DNA of 63,485 nucleotides, the filler included, from Octopus bimaculoides (Eukaryota): the NCBI RefSeq assembly GCF_001194135.2. It is 8 parts of 8 records of this genome, joined end to end, with 100 filler letters (N's around TTAATTAATTAA, not from the genome) between each part and the next. Parts side by side here need not be neighbours in the genome. Positions count along the whole stretch, not along the records: positions 1 to 22,084 come from NC_068992.1; positions 22,185 to 30,509 come from NC_068997.1; 6 more parts are not named here. One strand, 5' to 3'. The translations under genes and the position numbers were made by a program. How positions within the stretch are numbered: the first letter of the stretch is position 1; each line of letters starts with the position of its first letter. Below, piece by piece: positions 12,346 through 26,065 of the stretch. The notes beneath the pieces were generated by a model that saw nothing but the letters and a program-made list of their open reading frames with translations, searched no databases and was not told the origin of the DNA.

Positions 12346-12434
12346 TCACACGTATATATGTGTATGCATGTATGTGTGTGTGCATGCATATGTGTGGGGT
12401 GTGTGGTGCTGGTAATCTTTTTCAGCTTAGCAGA

Positions 12435-12552
12435 TGCAAGCAATGGGAAATTAAGCCCTTTGATCCAGGACACGGTGCACAATCCAGTCGCGGGATTGAA
12501 CCCACGATCCTACAATCGTCGCTACCACACCCTAATCATTATGCCATGTGCC
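12435..12552 (-). mobile_element. tRNA-derived CORE-like SINE head (family C)
   Basis: minus strand GGCACATGGCATAATGATTAGG (A box) ... GGGTTCAATCCC (B box) ... gtgtcctggatcaa. Confidence 0.65.
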
Positions 12553-12660
12553 TTCATTTATCTAGCATAAATTGCCAAACAAACGGTAAAATTAAAAATA
12601 TAGTAATTAATAACATCAACAAAGATAACAAATACCATACTGTACCCATTCCGTAATATA

Positions 12661-12872
12661 GATTTCAAATTTTGGCACAGGGCCAGCAACTTCGGAGGAG
12701 GGTGTAAATCGATTGCATCGACCTCAGTACTCAACTAGCACTTTTTTATCGACCCCCAAAGGATGAAAGGTAATGTAAACTTCGGCGGAATTTGAACTCA
12801 GAACGTAAAGACGGACGAAATGCCGCGAAGCATTTTGCCCAGCATGCTAACGATTCTGCCAGCTTTCGCTGC
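12661..12872 (-). mobile_element. SINE family A (tail variant 2)
   Basis: full head, core and tail homology. Confidence 0.8.
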
Positions 12873-14626
12873 TTTAAACCCATGCCATAATATTGAACTC
12901 TATTCCACCTTCCAGTACGATCTTGTCGGGCATTTTTTCTTGAAAATTATTCAAGGAAGATGAGAAAATATGACCCTTCCTTTAAACCATAATATTTATC
13001 CCTTATTTTCTAGATTTACAAAATAACAGATTCCAAGTAGCACTTGACAAATAGCATGTTTCCATTCTTATCAACAAAACCAGTGTAGATCGGCTACAGC
13101 CTACCATCACTCTTACTTGAATATACGACACAACAAACTGAAGAATAGAAAATATGACGGATTACATATAACAGCTCTATACACCATTCACAGGGCTTGT
13201 AGAGGCAAGTGAAGAAAGCAAAACATCAGAGTAATATGCAAATCGAAATGCTGAAAATCTTTGAAGGTGAAAACCAAAAGCAACATGAACAAATAAAAGT
13301 GAAAGATTATATATAAGATATATAACCAGGTAAGGTTTCGTATTATATTCATTGACGGGAAACGATCAAAAAGGTGTAATTTTCCTTAGTTTTCGAACAT
13401 TTTGGCCACTATAAATTTTCCTTCTAAAATATATAGCGATTTTTTATACGGGCATAGGTCCACATATTTTGATGAACTGGTTATCTTATACTCAATTAAA
13501 TTGATCTTGGTTATTATCAAGGACTTATTTTATTGGCTACCAAAGAATAAACGATGAAATTCAACTCCAACGTAATTTGAAATGGAAATGTAAAAACCCG
13601 CAACGAAATTCTGCAAATAAGCGTCCTTCATCTAAGGCAATCCTTATATCCAACTTAACGTGAGTGTTTTGTTAGAACCTCGAATGCTGCGGCATTCGCG
13701 TGAGAGGTTTTCTCGTATAGATGAATGAACATTAATTTGGACATAAAGATTGCCTTTTTGTATTAATACTTCTGTTGCTAATAATTTTCTTTTTCCTTTG
13801 TAAGCCCGATGGCTAATTGCGACATCAGTGCATGCAAAGTTAGAGTAATTACATTTGTCGTTAGCAGTGAGATTTCAATGCCTGAAAAGTCGCTGTAATT
13901 CTATATGTCGTTGGCAGTAAGATTTGATAGGTATGTGGCAAAGTACATTGAAATCACGGGCTCTGGCAGTTTCGGCACCTCAACTGACGATTTTCGTCTA
14001 CTAAAGATATATGTATGCGTGCGTGCGTGCGCGCGCACACGTGTGTGTTTTTATGCACCTACGTCTTTATGAGATGACCTCTCAAGCGAATACCGCAGTA
14101 CTCAGCGTTTTGAACATAACATCACCGGTAAGTTTGATATAGATATTACCTTTTGGTATTAACACTGACTTCAGCTGCTAATTATATATATATATATATN
14201 NNNNNNNNNNNNNNNNNNNNNNNNNNNNNNNNNNNNNNNNNNNNNNNNNNNNNNNNNNNNNNNNNNNNNNNNNNNNNNNNNNNNNNNNNNNNNNNNNNNN
14301 NNNNNNNNNNNNNNNNNNNNNNNNNNNNNNNNNNNNNNNNNNNNNNNNNNNNNNNNNNNNNNNNNNNNNNNNNNNNNNNNNNNNNNNNNNNNNNNNNNNN
14401 NNNNNNNNNNNNNNNNNNNNNNNNNNNNNNNNNNNNNNNNNNNNNNNNNNNNNNNNNNNNNNNNNNNNNNNNNNNNNNNNNNNNNNNNNNNNNNNNNNNN
14501 NNNNNNNNNNNNNNNNNNNNNNNNATATATATATATATATATATATATATATACTAGGCATAAGTTTCATAAACTACAAAATATAAATATCCACACTACT
14601 ACATTTGAAACGTACCTGTTATAACA

Positions 14627-14760
14627 TTCGGCGGAATTTGAACTCAGAAGGTAGCGGCAGACGAAATACCGCTAACCATTTCGGCCGGCGTGCTAACGTT
14701 TCTGCTAGCTCGCCGCCTTATTTCGCCCGGCGAGCTAACGTTTCTGCCAGCTCGTGGCCT
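14627..14760 (-). mobile_element. SINE family A head with tandemly duplicated 5' segment
   Basis: ttcggccggcgtgctaacgtttctgctagctcgcc followed by tttcgcccggcgagctaacgtttctgccagctcg. Confidence 0.75.
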
Positions 14761-14809
14761 TAGTAGAAAGGATTATTATAGTTGTTTGTACGATTAGACA
14801 GTTTAACAT

Positions 14810-15005
14810 GGCTGATTGGGTGAACGGTTAACACGCCGAGCAAAATGTTTACAAGCATTTTGTCTGTCATTCCGCTCTTAGCTCAAATTCCACCGAGGAC
14901 TACTTTACTCTTTCGATGAGATAAGTACCTGTTATGCACTGGGCTCAATATAGCCGACTAGACTTCTGCAGCTAAAATTATGGGCCCTGTTCCTGTAGTA
15001 GAAAA
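14810..15005 (+). mobile_element. old SINE family A copy
   Basis: degenerate head, core and ccctgttcctgtagtagaaaag tail. Confidence 0.55.
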
Positions 15006-15366
15006 GCTGATCAGCTTCATTCTGGCACTTAACTTTCGTCCTTTCTGATTATAGATTTATCCTCTTTGGCTTCAGGTTTATACAATTTTAGTTATCAGCA
15101 TTACAAGGACTGTAAATGTAGAAGACACCATAGAATTTCAGACAGAATGGCTACTCTATTTGATTAGGTTTCTTTATGTTATGAGTTCATGTCTCTCCGG
15201 TACAAACCTCCTCTCATTATTTCAGGGTCGATCAAATAAAGAATTAATGAAACACTCTAGCTGATTTAATCAACTACACACGCTTTCATGAATATGTGAT
15301 CCTATGATCATGCAAAAAGTTATCACTATACAACGTTGGGATTCAGGGATATATACATATATATAC

Positions 15367-15725
15367 GGAAGTGTGGGTTCAATTCCAAATCGTATTAATG
15401 CCCATTTCTTTCCGTCGAGGGCTTATATGCTCCAATGTTAGAGTATGAATACACGGTGACCGCTTATAAGCTTAAAACTTTTGATTATCATTATTTACAG
15501 AATTTTCATTCGTCACCGTTTCTTAATTTAATGCAAAATACGCACGTTTGATTGTTTGCACAACAGTATGAATTTACAGTTCCGCAATTTAACAGGAATT
15601 CGTGGGGAAGATGGTTTAATCGGTCAGCACACTTAGCGAGAAAATAAGAAGTATGGGTTCGATTCCCACGCATACTAATAAAAAATGTTTTTTTCACCGA
15701 GATCTTATATGCTCCAGTACCAGAA
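15367..15725 (+). mobile_element. two fragments of another tRNA-derived SINE
   Basis: GGGTTC(A/G)ATTCC B boxes near 15376 and 15655, each followed by cttatatgctcca. Confidence 0.5.
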
Positions 15726-16953
15726 TATTTTCTATAGTTAATATATTGTGAATGCTTATAATTATTATTTACAAAATTTTCACTCGCCACCCTTTCTTGA
15801 TTTAACTCACAGTATAGATAAACACATTAAAGGAGAAAATGTTTCAAGGTGATGAGAACTTGGAAGAAAATATTTACATTTTCCCTTTAGCAGAAATATG
15901 TTACCGGTTTCCATTGTTTAAGTCTAATTTATTGTGCAATAGGAGTAGGAAAAATAATTGAGTTACATTAAATTAATCTTTCATGACAGCAGTTTTGAAA
16001 CTTTACGTGTTTTGGTTGCCAAACTATGTAATAGAGATTAAATTATAACTTCCTCTTCGGTGCGACTATTGACGCGACTATCAAAACATCCAGAGTAAAT
16101 GTTGAACCGTGTGAAATTTTTTAAGAGAGAAAAAAGCTATTTCACTGAAATCTGATAGGAACCCGTATATAATGTTAGGGATGACATTATATAAGCGAAT
16201 TATTTTCATATACAGTTTAACTAATCTTTTTTTTTTGTTTTCGCTAGTCTTTTAAATACTAATTCTGTTTGTGGAAAATTAAAAATTAACATCAGTCGCT
16301 TCACCAGTAGAATACAAACTGGGGAAAACGGAAAACAAAAGAGACAAATAAAAAGTCAAGAAAGAAAGAAAAAAGGAACTTGAAATACGCACAAAAAATT
16401 ATAGAAACTGATAATAAAAACATCTATACAAACAGAAGTAAGATGAAAAACAACATTGTTAACATATTTAATATAAATTTATCAAGATTGCTATAAGTGC
16501 TTACAATCAAATAGATCAGCTGGGTACTTAAGAAGTGACATCTTATAAACATACGAAGCACAATTCCAGCAAAAGATTATTATATTGTTTAATTTGCTTC
16601 AAAAATTAATTTTCCTTCATAGTTCTATTTGACTTATTTTTGCTCTGCTTATATTATTTTTTTTTCCTAATTCTCCCTTTCTTTTTTTTTTTTTTTTTTA
16701 ATTNNNNNNNNNNTTTTCATTAACAGTGTGGATTTTATATCTTAGTTAGCTGAAAATATAATATATCTGATTTGCGACACTGTGTGGTGTTAGCCATATA
16801 TATATATATATATTTTTTAGTGTTTAAATTGAGTATTTTACATTAAATTCCTTTGTTCAAAATATCACCAAAATTTACATTTTGATTTTGAAACTTAGGA
16901 GATTTTACTTTCCTTTCCATTCATCTTATGTCAATAAATCGAGAACTATATAA

Positions 16954-17125
16954 GTAAACAAGAGCGCCCAGAGAGGGCAAACCTCCGCCAAGGCAACACC
17001 AACGATTAGCCAGAGATGATTTTTAAAATGAGAATATCTGAAATAAACTCGACTGCTCTCACAAACGAGAATACTAAAAATGAACCCGACCACTCTCAAA
17101 GATTAAGTATAAAAAAAACGGAAAA
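16954..17125 (+). mobile_element. interspersed repeat fragment, possibly HINE/DINE-like
   Basis: aacaagagcgcccagagagggcaaacctccgccaagg start; internal repeat gactgctctca/gaccactctca; class assignment from recall only. Confidence 0.35.
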
Positions 17126-17194
17126 ATATGTGTATGTTTTTTAAGAAAGAGGGAAAAGAGCGAGAAGAGTATACATCTTATTGCATATAATTCC

Positions 17195-17269
<75 letters not shown>

Positions 17270-17317
17270 GTAGCCGTGTATGATATCAGTACATTCTCTT
17301 TTGAAATCTTCACACGT

Positions 17318-17348
<31 letters not shown>

Positions 17349-17367
17349 GAACACGCACGCACACACA

Positions 17368-17399
<32 letters not shown>

Positions 17400-18836
17400 T
17401 ATGTGTGTGTGTATGTGTGTGTGTGTATATGTGTGTCTTTCATAGTTTTCAGGAGGGGAGTACATTGGGACATCATGATGTCTATTGTAGTCCCATCGAT
17501 TATATTTGGAGAAATATGTGTGACTGAAGCCGTTGGTTCCATTTGGGCTTTTATCTGAGCAAATAGGTTTAACCGGAATTTTGCAGTGTTGAATGTCCAA
17601 ATGCTGGCTAAAAGTGTTAACAGCTATTCGATAGAGATCAGGCATAGTTTTGAAACATTAGCTTGATAACTATCTCAGATCTTGGAAGAGGGGAATAGAG
17701 TGAAAAATCAGGTGCAACCAATTCTAGGATTTGTACAGATCTCGAAGTTTCCTTCCGGGTAAATGGGTGCCATTTTGCGAAGAAATTTTAAATTTTAATT
17801 TGCTTCCATTTTGGGCCTAATCTTTGTCTTTGAATCCCGCTTTTATTTTCTTGCCTTCTTCCTGTTGGTTGCCGTAAATTTTCTCCCCTTTGCCCCATAG
17901 GGCAGTGGTAAAAATCTGCACTGCGACTCCAGGTCAGCTGCTTCGTGGTAGCAAACCTTTTTGTCTAATTCGATTGCATTTAGTTTGGCGAGTGTCACAC
18001 TCAGAGATGATCACAGATGAGTGAAACAGATACAATATAATTTATTTCTCTCTGTTTCCAAATATACTCAAGTTTTGCTAGGCCCTTCATTTCACGCTGA
18101 TCCGGACCACACAACTGAAATGGTTTGTTTTCTAGAATGGCAACGTAGAACGGCACAAATATAGGCTCTAGTGTAATTTCGACGCAGTCACACAAGCCCT
18201 AGTAACTGAAAAGACAGTAATACACACCAATATCACTTCATCGTGTAGGTGAGACAATGAAGTTTTAGAAACATTGATGATGAAGTTTATTTTCCTAAAC
18301 CATAAGGAAAATCTGGAAACTGAAAATGTAAAATAATATATATATATATAAATGAAAATCATATAAAAATCTGGAACAAAAAACAAATAATAATAACTGA
18401 TAAAAAAAATGATTAGACTAGATTTCATTGCAAAGAATATAATATATTATTTCATGTGAAGTTTTTTCTTGAGACTTGAAATTCACACCACCGTGATCAA
18501 CACATACATACATACATACATAAATACATACATACTCAAACACAAANNNNNNNNNNTGAAAATGTAAAATAATATATATATATATAAATGAAAATCATAT
18601 AAAAATCTGGAACAAAAAACAAATAATAATAACTGATAAAAAAAATGATTAGACTAGATTTCATTGCAAAGAATATAATATATTATTTCATGTGAAGTTT
18701 TTTCTTGAGACTTGAAATTCACACCACCGTGATCAACACATACATACATACATACATAAATACATACATACTCAAACACAAATACACGCAAACACATGCA
18801 CATATACATACACACGTATATATACACACATGCACA

Positions 18837-18926
<90 letters not shown>

Positions 18927-19474
18927 CACAAATACACACACTTATATACATCCATGCATAAAACATATTAAAACACACACATACACGCAAACACACGCAC
19001 ATATACATACACATACATACACGCATGCATACATGCATACATAATACGCACATATATGCATGCACATACACACATACATACATAAATACACACATACATA
19101 CATACATACATACATACACACATACATCGTATGCAAATATTTGATATCTCAAATAAATACCCTGATTCTAATTAATAAACAAAGGAAGGAAACACCACAA
19201 GTGATTCGTCATTTCGTTCATGTAGTTGATTCATTGATTTTAGCCATTTACTGATATTGTTTTTGCTTGTTGTTGTTGTTGTTGTTGTTGTTGTTTTTGC
19301 TTGTTGTTGTTATTGTTGTTGTTGTTGTTTTTCTTATAACAGAGAAATATATTTGTCAACATATACAGATATGAAATATGGTTTATGCTATTTCATTGCG
19401 ACTTCATTTTCTCTTTTTCGTTCTTTTTTTCGCCGTTTTCTGTTTTATTTTTTTACAGCTCTTCTTGTTTCAGG

Positions 19475-19544
<70 letters not shown>

Positions 19545-19704
19545 GCTGCGTCCGCCGCCGCTGCTGCTTCTGCTGTTGTACAGAAGACAACGATGACGAA
19601 GTTGAACGTAATGCCATCTCACTGCAATCGTTGTTTGTTTTTATTATTGTCGTTGTTTCTGTGATATTGCTGATTCTGTTGTTACCATTTGAGGTCTTGT
19701 TGTC

Positions 19705-19735
<31 letters not shown>

Positions 19736-19936
19736 TGCTCAGCCATTTTGTTTGGCCTTCATTTCTATTCTTAAAACTAATAATGAAATCAAATTTCGAA
19801 ATATCCAACTGACATTCATCTCACTAAGTAAGCACTGGAATTGAAACACTAACACCAGATATTACTAACACCACCAACAACACAACAACAACAACAACAT
19901 CATCATCATCATCATCATCATCATCAACAACAATGA

Positions 19937-19969
<33 letters not shown>

Positions 19970-19984
19970 CAATAATAATAATAA

Positions 19985-20076
19985 TGATAATAATGATAAT
20001 AATGGTTTCAAATTTTGCCACAAGGGCAACCATTTTGAGGGAGGGGGATGAGTCAATTACATCGACACCATTGTCG

Positions 20077-20124
<48 letters not shown>

Positions 20125-20405
20125 GCAACATCAGCAAAAAAGAAATACCTTAGGAATGAGAACGTAGGGTTGAGTCAAAATTCTACCAGGACACCTGATG
20201 AAGGCTGGAGAATAAATCAGCCGAAACGTTGTGGTAACATCAAACAAGATGAGTACATATCCGTCCAATGTAAATAATGTAAATAAGTATTTGACTGGTA
20301 CTTTATTTTATCAACCCTGAATGGATAGGAGGTATATACGAACACGGTGTAATTTGAACTCAGAAGACGGACGCTAAGCGTTTTGCCATGATTGCTACTG
20401 GAGGC
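19985..20405 (-). mobile_element. SINE family A (tail variant 2) split by a pLTR-like insert at 20071-20285
   Basis: ...atcgacacca (20070) resumes as agtatttgactggtac (20286). Confidence 0.7.
20192..20233 (+). ncRNA. minimal type-I hammerhead ribozyme (Penelope pLTR type)
   Basis: CAC-CTGATGA-A-GGCTG...CAGCC-GAA-ACGT-T-GTG: canonical core, loopless palindromic stem III, 3-bp stem I. Confidence 0.65.
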
Positions 20406-20419
20406 ATAAAAAAAAAAAA

Positions 20420-20612
20420 TCTTTCTATTAAAGGCACAAGGTCTGAAACTTGGGGGAGGGGCATAGTGGAATACAACGACCGCAGTACTCAACTGGTATC
20501 TATTTTATCGAGTCCGGAAGGATGAAAGGCAAAGTCGACCTCGACGGAATTTCAACTCAGAACGTAAAGATGGCGGACGAAATACCGCTAAGTATTTTGC
20601 CACGCTTGCTAA
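20420..20612 (-). mobile_element. SINE family A (tail variant 1)
   Basis: core, partial head and ctttctattaaaggcacaaggtct tail. Confidence 0.8.
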
Positions 20613-20759
20613 GGGAGGCAAAAAAAAAATAGAGAAATAAAAAAAAAACAATAAAAGGCTAAAAAATAAAAAAAGATCAAAAGCAACAAGAAAAATGAGG
20701 CGAAGTTGACGATGAGGAGAATGACGATAAAAACGACGATCATCATCATGATTATAATC

Positions 20760-20795
20760 TCGATGATAACGATGATGATGACGACGATGATGATG

Positions 20796-20849
<54 letters not shown>

Positions 20850-20886
20850 AGGATGGTGATGATGATGATGATGATAGTGGTGGTGG

Positions 20887-20922
<36 letters not shown>

Positions 20923-20923
20923 C

Positions 20924-20981
<58 letters not shown>

Positions 20982-21112
20982 AGGATGGTGATGATGATGA
21001 TGATGATGATGATAGTGGTGGTGGTGATGATGATGATGATGATGATGATGNNNNNNNNNNATGATGACGACGACGATGATGATGATGATGATGATGATAG
21101 TGGTGGTGGTGG

Positions 21113-21169
<57 letters not shown>

Positions 21170-21205
21170 CGACGACGATGATGATGATGATGATGATAGT
21201 GGTGG

Positions 21206-21246
<41 letters not shown>

Positions 21247-21302
21247 GTGGTGGTGATGATGATGATGATGATGATGTTGATGATGATGGTGACGATGATG
21301 AC

Positions 21303-21356
<54 letters not shown>
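20760..21356. repeat. (GAT/GGT)n microsatellite with internal block duplication
   Basis: direct inspection. Confidence 0.95.
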
Positions 21357-21357
<1 letters not shown>

Positions 21358-21639
21358 GGAAAGAAAATATAACGAGAATAGAAGAGGAAACGTTATTTTA
21401 TTAAATAATATTAAAAAAAAAACTAAGAACAGGAATAAAAAAAAGACAACAGAAAGCAGAAATTGTTATGAACGGATATGATATTAACAAGATAATCCCA
21501 AATTTGTCATGCATGATACACAAACAATAGAAATTAAAGACCTGTTTACTAAAGGAATAACTTGGGGGTTTTGGGGACGATATCTAGCCATTCGTTATAC
21601 ATACATACATACATACATACATACATACATACATACATG

Positions 21640-21763
<124 letters not shown>

Positions 21764-22031
21764 TGTGTGTTTGTGCGCGCGAGTACGTTTGTATTTATAT
21801 ATATTATATAGGTATATGTATATATATGTGTGTGTGTGTGTATTAGTCGAATTTCTTCATATTTTATAGGAAAATTAATTTCGTATTGCACATAAACACA
21901 CAAACACATCGCTCGCGCGCCCACCCACTCCCCACTGACATATATTTGTATTTACCAAAAAGTACGCGTTTTGATTGTCAATTCGAAATTTCGACGGATG
22001 CCGACTATCCTTCATCATGTGTGTGTGTGTG

Positions 22032-22063
<32 letters not shown>

Positions 22064-22274
22064 TATACATATATATATATATATNNNNNNNNNNNNNNNN
22101 NNNNNNNNNNNNNNNNNNNNNNNNNNNNTTAATTAATTAANNNNNNNNNNNNNNNNNNNNNNNNNNNNNNNNNNNNNNNNNNNNGGTGTTGCTGCAAGGA
22201 GTGGCCGGCAGAGCGGAAGTGGCGTGACACCGGGATGTCGTCCGCCTTGCTAACGATTCAGCTATCTCGCTGCC

Positions 22275-22335
<61 letters not shown>

Positions 22336-22336
22336 G

Positions 22337-22504
22337 CGGCATTTCGTCTACCACTGTGTTCTGAGTTCAAATTCCGCTACGGTCGACTTTGCCTTTCATC
22401 CTTTCGGGGGTCGATAAATTAAATACCAGCAAAGTACTGGAATCGATATAATCGACTAGTCCCTCCCATCAAAATGGTTGCCCTTGTGGAAAAATTTGAA
22501 ACTG

Positions 22505-22505
<1 letters not shown>
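22337..22505 (+). mobile_element. SINE family A (tail variant 2)
   Basis: ctgagttcaaattccgctacggtcgactttgcctttcatcctttcgggggtcgataaa core; (TAT)n tail. Confidence 0.85.
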
Positions 22506-22596
<91 letters not shown>

Positions 22597-22618
22597 NNNN
22601 NNNNNNTGCTGTTATTAT

Positions 22619-22830
22619 GGCGGCGAGCTGGCAGAAACGTTAGCACTCCGGGCGAAATGTTTAGCGGTATTTCGTCTGTCGCTACGTTCTGAGTTCAAAT
22701 TCTTTCGCGGTTGACTTTGCCTTTTACCCTTTCAGGGTCGATAGATTAAGTATCAGTTGAGAACTAGGGTCGATGTAATCGACGTACCCACCTCTCTCCA
22801 AAACTTTGGCCTTGTAGTGATATTTGAAAT
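22619..22830 (+). mobile_element. full-length SINE family A (tRNA head; central block resembling the Meta/MESC domain)
   Basis: GGCGGCGAGCTGGCAGAA A box, GAGTTCAAATTC B box, gttgactttgccttttaccctttcagggtcgata core, (TAT)n tail; domain name from recall. Confidence 0.85.
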
Positions 22831-24179
22831 CATTATTATTATAAATGGTGTTACATCTGATTTTTCCAGCCGAAAAGTGTCAAAATGTGGACCAATTTGC
22901 AGCATATAATTTTGAACCATCCACCCCCAAGAGATGGATCAGAGATTGTGCTTATTCATTTTCTCCGTTTGTAGTGTGGTAGTCTAAATTAAATTTTTCT
23001 CATTAGCCCACTCAACTGGTAAGACAGATAAAAGAAAGTGAAGACCGAACGGTCTCCAAATACTGCAGAATATTAAGGTAAAAACCACCAATCATATTGA
23101 ATGTCACGAAAATCAAAGCGTTTACTGTTTCCGAATCTATTCAGAGCAAATTAGTTTTTCAATTTGTGTTGTCACATAGTCATCTAACCAACTTTTTTTT
23201 ATTTCTTCTGTATTACAATAAAGAAAACATAATTTCTTCTATGTTATGTTTCTGTTTGAAAAATCTGTTTCCAAAATGTTTTTAATTTTTCATTAGAATG
23301 TATCTTATCTAATTCTATGACTATGTTTCTAATATTGTTATGCATTATGCTGTGATTATTTTGGAAAGCGTAATTTTAAAAGAATTGTTCTTCACTTATA
23401 TTCTTCCGATGAAATCTATTATCTAAGTAATACATTTTATGCTTTAGTTGGCGAAGAATGGAAAAATGGTTAATATATATACACTTCACATTCATGACGT
23501 ACTGGTTTCGATTCCACTAATAGGCATCATGGGTGAGTGCTGCTTTTAATATACTCAGGTCCAACCGTATGTTGTAAGTGAAAATGCATAAATGGAAACT
23601 ATATGGAATAGCGTCCGATAATTGTAGCTGCAATTCAAAGGTCCAGATTTATCCCACAATATCACGCAGCTACTACTTCAGAATTACTTCAAGGGTAATT
23701 GGGCCTATGAAATACTCTATCAAATACATGCTAAGTTTTTCTACCTGACAGTTCACTTAATAATATAACTCAACATTTAAGGCCGAAATACTGATAGATA
23801 CCCATTTTAGGTATCACAATCTTTACAATAGAAGAGCAAAATCTGTCAAAAAGTAGATGAAGTCAGTCGAGTCAGCAGACATTTAGCGGCTGGAAGTGAG
23901 AGACTCCTAAACTCTGTTTAGTCATCTCTCTAGGACAAGGAAACTTCAAAATAGCACTAAGTTCATTGCAAAGCCGGTGATCTCGCTGTTGTGCGTTTGC
24001 AGACTACTTGGCTTTGTAGGTGAGAACTTTAACTGTTTTGTGAAAGCTATGCTTGTATTCAAATTTCAGTATAGGTATTAGTAACAGTTATTGTCTTTTG
24101 CCAGTGATGGTCGTAATCATCTAGAAGTTGGCAGCCACCATACATGTATGTATTTGGGTATGTATAAATGTATGTATGA

Positions 24180-24626
24180 GAGAGCAGTGCATGCCATCAA
24201 AGTGTCAGTGGGGTAAAATATATGAAGCCCAGTACACTAGCATGACTACCCGTCTGATAAGTGTACACCAGGAACATGCATCACAACCATATGTGCTGTG
24301 CACGAGACGTTGATTTCATATCAAGATAAACAGTGCATGACCTTGCAAGAGAGGCCTAGTTAGAATTTCCTTCAGGTTGAGTAACACATCCTGCTCAAAA
24401 GGTCCCTGAAAAAGGGTTGTCAAAGGATGTTGAACGAAGCACTCATGTTTCCAGAGGCGAATTAATTATCCAAACCCCAAACAATTCCTCTTAACACCTG
24501 GCTATGATGCTCTCCCACTACTTCTGCTCGTCATCAGAGATGCACCAAGGCATGTGTTCAACTGGTTAAGGTCAAATAATTGACAAGCAAATCTGTGGTA
24601 CTGAGCAGAATATTTGCTTTAGCCCC
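24180..24626 (-). mobile_element. second copy of the 7547-8100 repeat
   Basis: reverse-complement colinearity, e.g. cagaatatttgctttagccc vs gggctacagcaaatattctg. Confidence 0.7.
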
Positions 24627-25520
24627 TATGTATGTATGTATGTATGTATGTATGTATGTGTGTATGTATGTATGTATGTATGTATGTATGTATGTATGTA
24701 TGTATGTATGTATAAGAGACAAACTCAGAGTAGTGACAGAATAAACATACGACTATATTAAATAATTACCTTAGTCTTTTGAGTACGGTTGACTTTTTCA
24801 GATGNNNNNNNNNNNNNNNNNNNNNNNNNNNNNNNNNNNNNNNNNNNNNNNNNNNNNNNNNNNNNNNNNNNNNNNNNNNNNNNNNNNNNNNNNNNNNNNN
24901 NNNNNNNNNNNNNNNNNNNNNNNNNNNNNNNNNNNNNNNNNNNNNNNNNNNNNNNNNNNNNNNNNNNNNNNNNNNNNNNNNNNNNNNNNNNNNNNNNNNN
25001 NNNNNNNNNNNNNNNNNNNNNNNNNNNNNNNNNNNNNNNNNNNNNNNNNNNNNNNNNNNNNNNNNNNNNNNNNNNNNNNNNNNNNNNNNNNNNNNNNNNN
25101 NNNNNNNNNNNNNNNNNNNNNNNNNNNNNNNNNNNNNNNNNNNNNNNNNNNNNNNNNNNNNNNNNNNNNNNNNNNNNNNNNNNNNNNNCATATACATATA
25201 TATACGCGCATATATATATATATATAGACACATATGTGTATATATGTATAATATATGTGTGTGGCTTAATGATAGGAATCTCAAATATTATACGCAGACA
25301 AATCTAAAAGATATGACTTATATTTTAACGGTTTTTTTCGTCGTCCTTTTTTCTTCGTCTCTGACTCTCTCTGCCTCGCCTTCTCTTTCTTTCTCTCTCC
25401 CTCTCTTTCTGCCTCTCTCTATATCTATCTATCTAGCACTAACAATCATTATAGAAATGGGAGAGCGTAGAAAAATAGAGCATCATCAAAAACAACAGCA
25501 ACCACAGTAACAAACAACCA

Positions 25521-25593
25521 ATGCAACTGCTGTGGCAACTGCTAATACTACTAATAATAATGGTAATAATAATAAAAATAATAATAGCAACGG

Positions 25594-25643
<50 letters not shown>

Positions 25644-25663
25644 GTGATGGTGACGACGACGAC

Positions 25664-25710
<47 letters not shown>

Positions 25711-25830
25711 CGACGACGATGATGATGATGATGGTGATGGTGATGGTGATGGTGATGGTGATGGTGACGATGGCGATGATGATCTTGATAATAATGATGA
25801 TGATAATAATAATAATCTTACTACTAATAC
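25521..25830. repeat. (AAT)/(GAT)n microsatellite
   Basis: direct inspection. Confidence 0.9.
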
Positions 25831-26017
25831 TATTACCGCTAGTACTTACTATGGGAAGAGAAGAGACATAATGAAATGAAAGAAGCGGAAGTGGACGAAA
25901 GCGAGGTGTTATATAAACAAAGAAATATAAACATTTATGCATCATTTAATAATCCACAATATCAGATTTTGTTTGCTTTTGTGAGTCCCCCTTCTCTCTC
26001 TCACTCTCTCTTTATAG

Positions 26018-26065
<48 letters not shown>

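Noticed and set aside
15506-15790. 94-aa minus-strand ORF
   Set aside because: Overlaps SINE-like fragments on the other strand; no recognisable domain.
18317-18782. Apparent ~230-bp perfect tandem duplication
   Set aside because: Identical copies flank a 10-N gap, which is typical of unmerged contig overlap.
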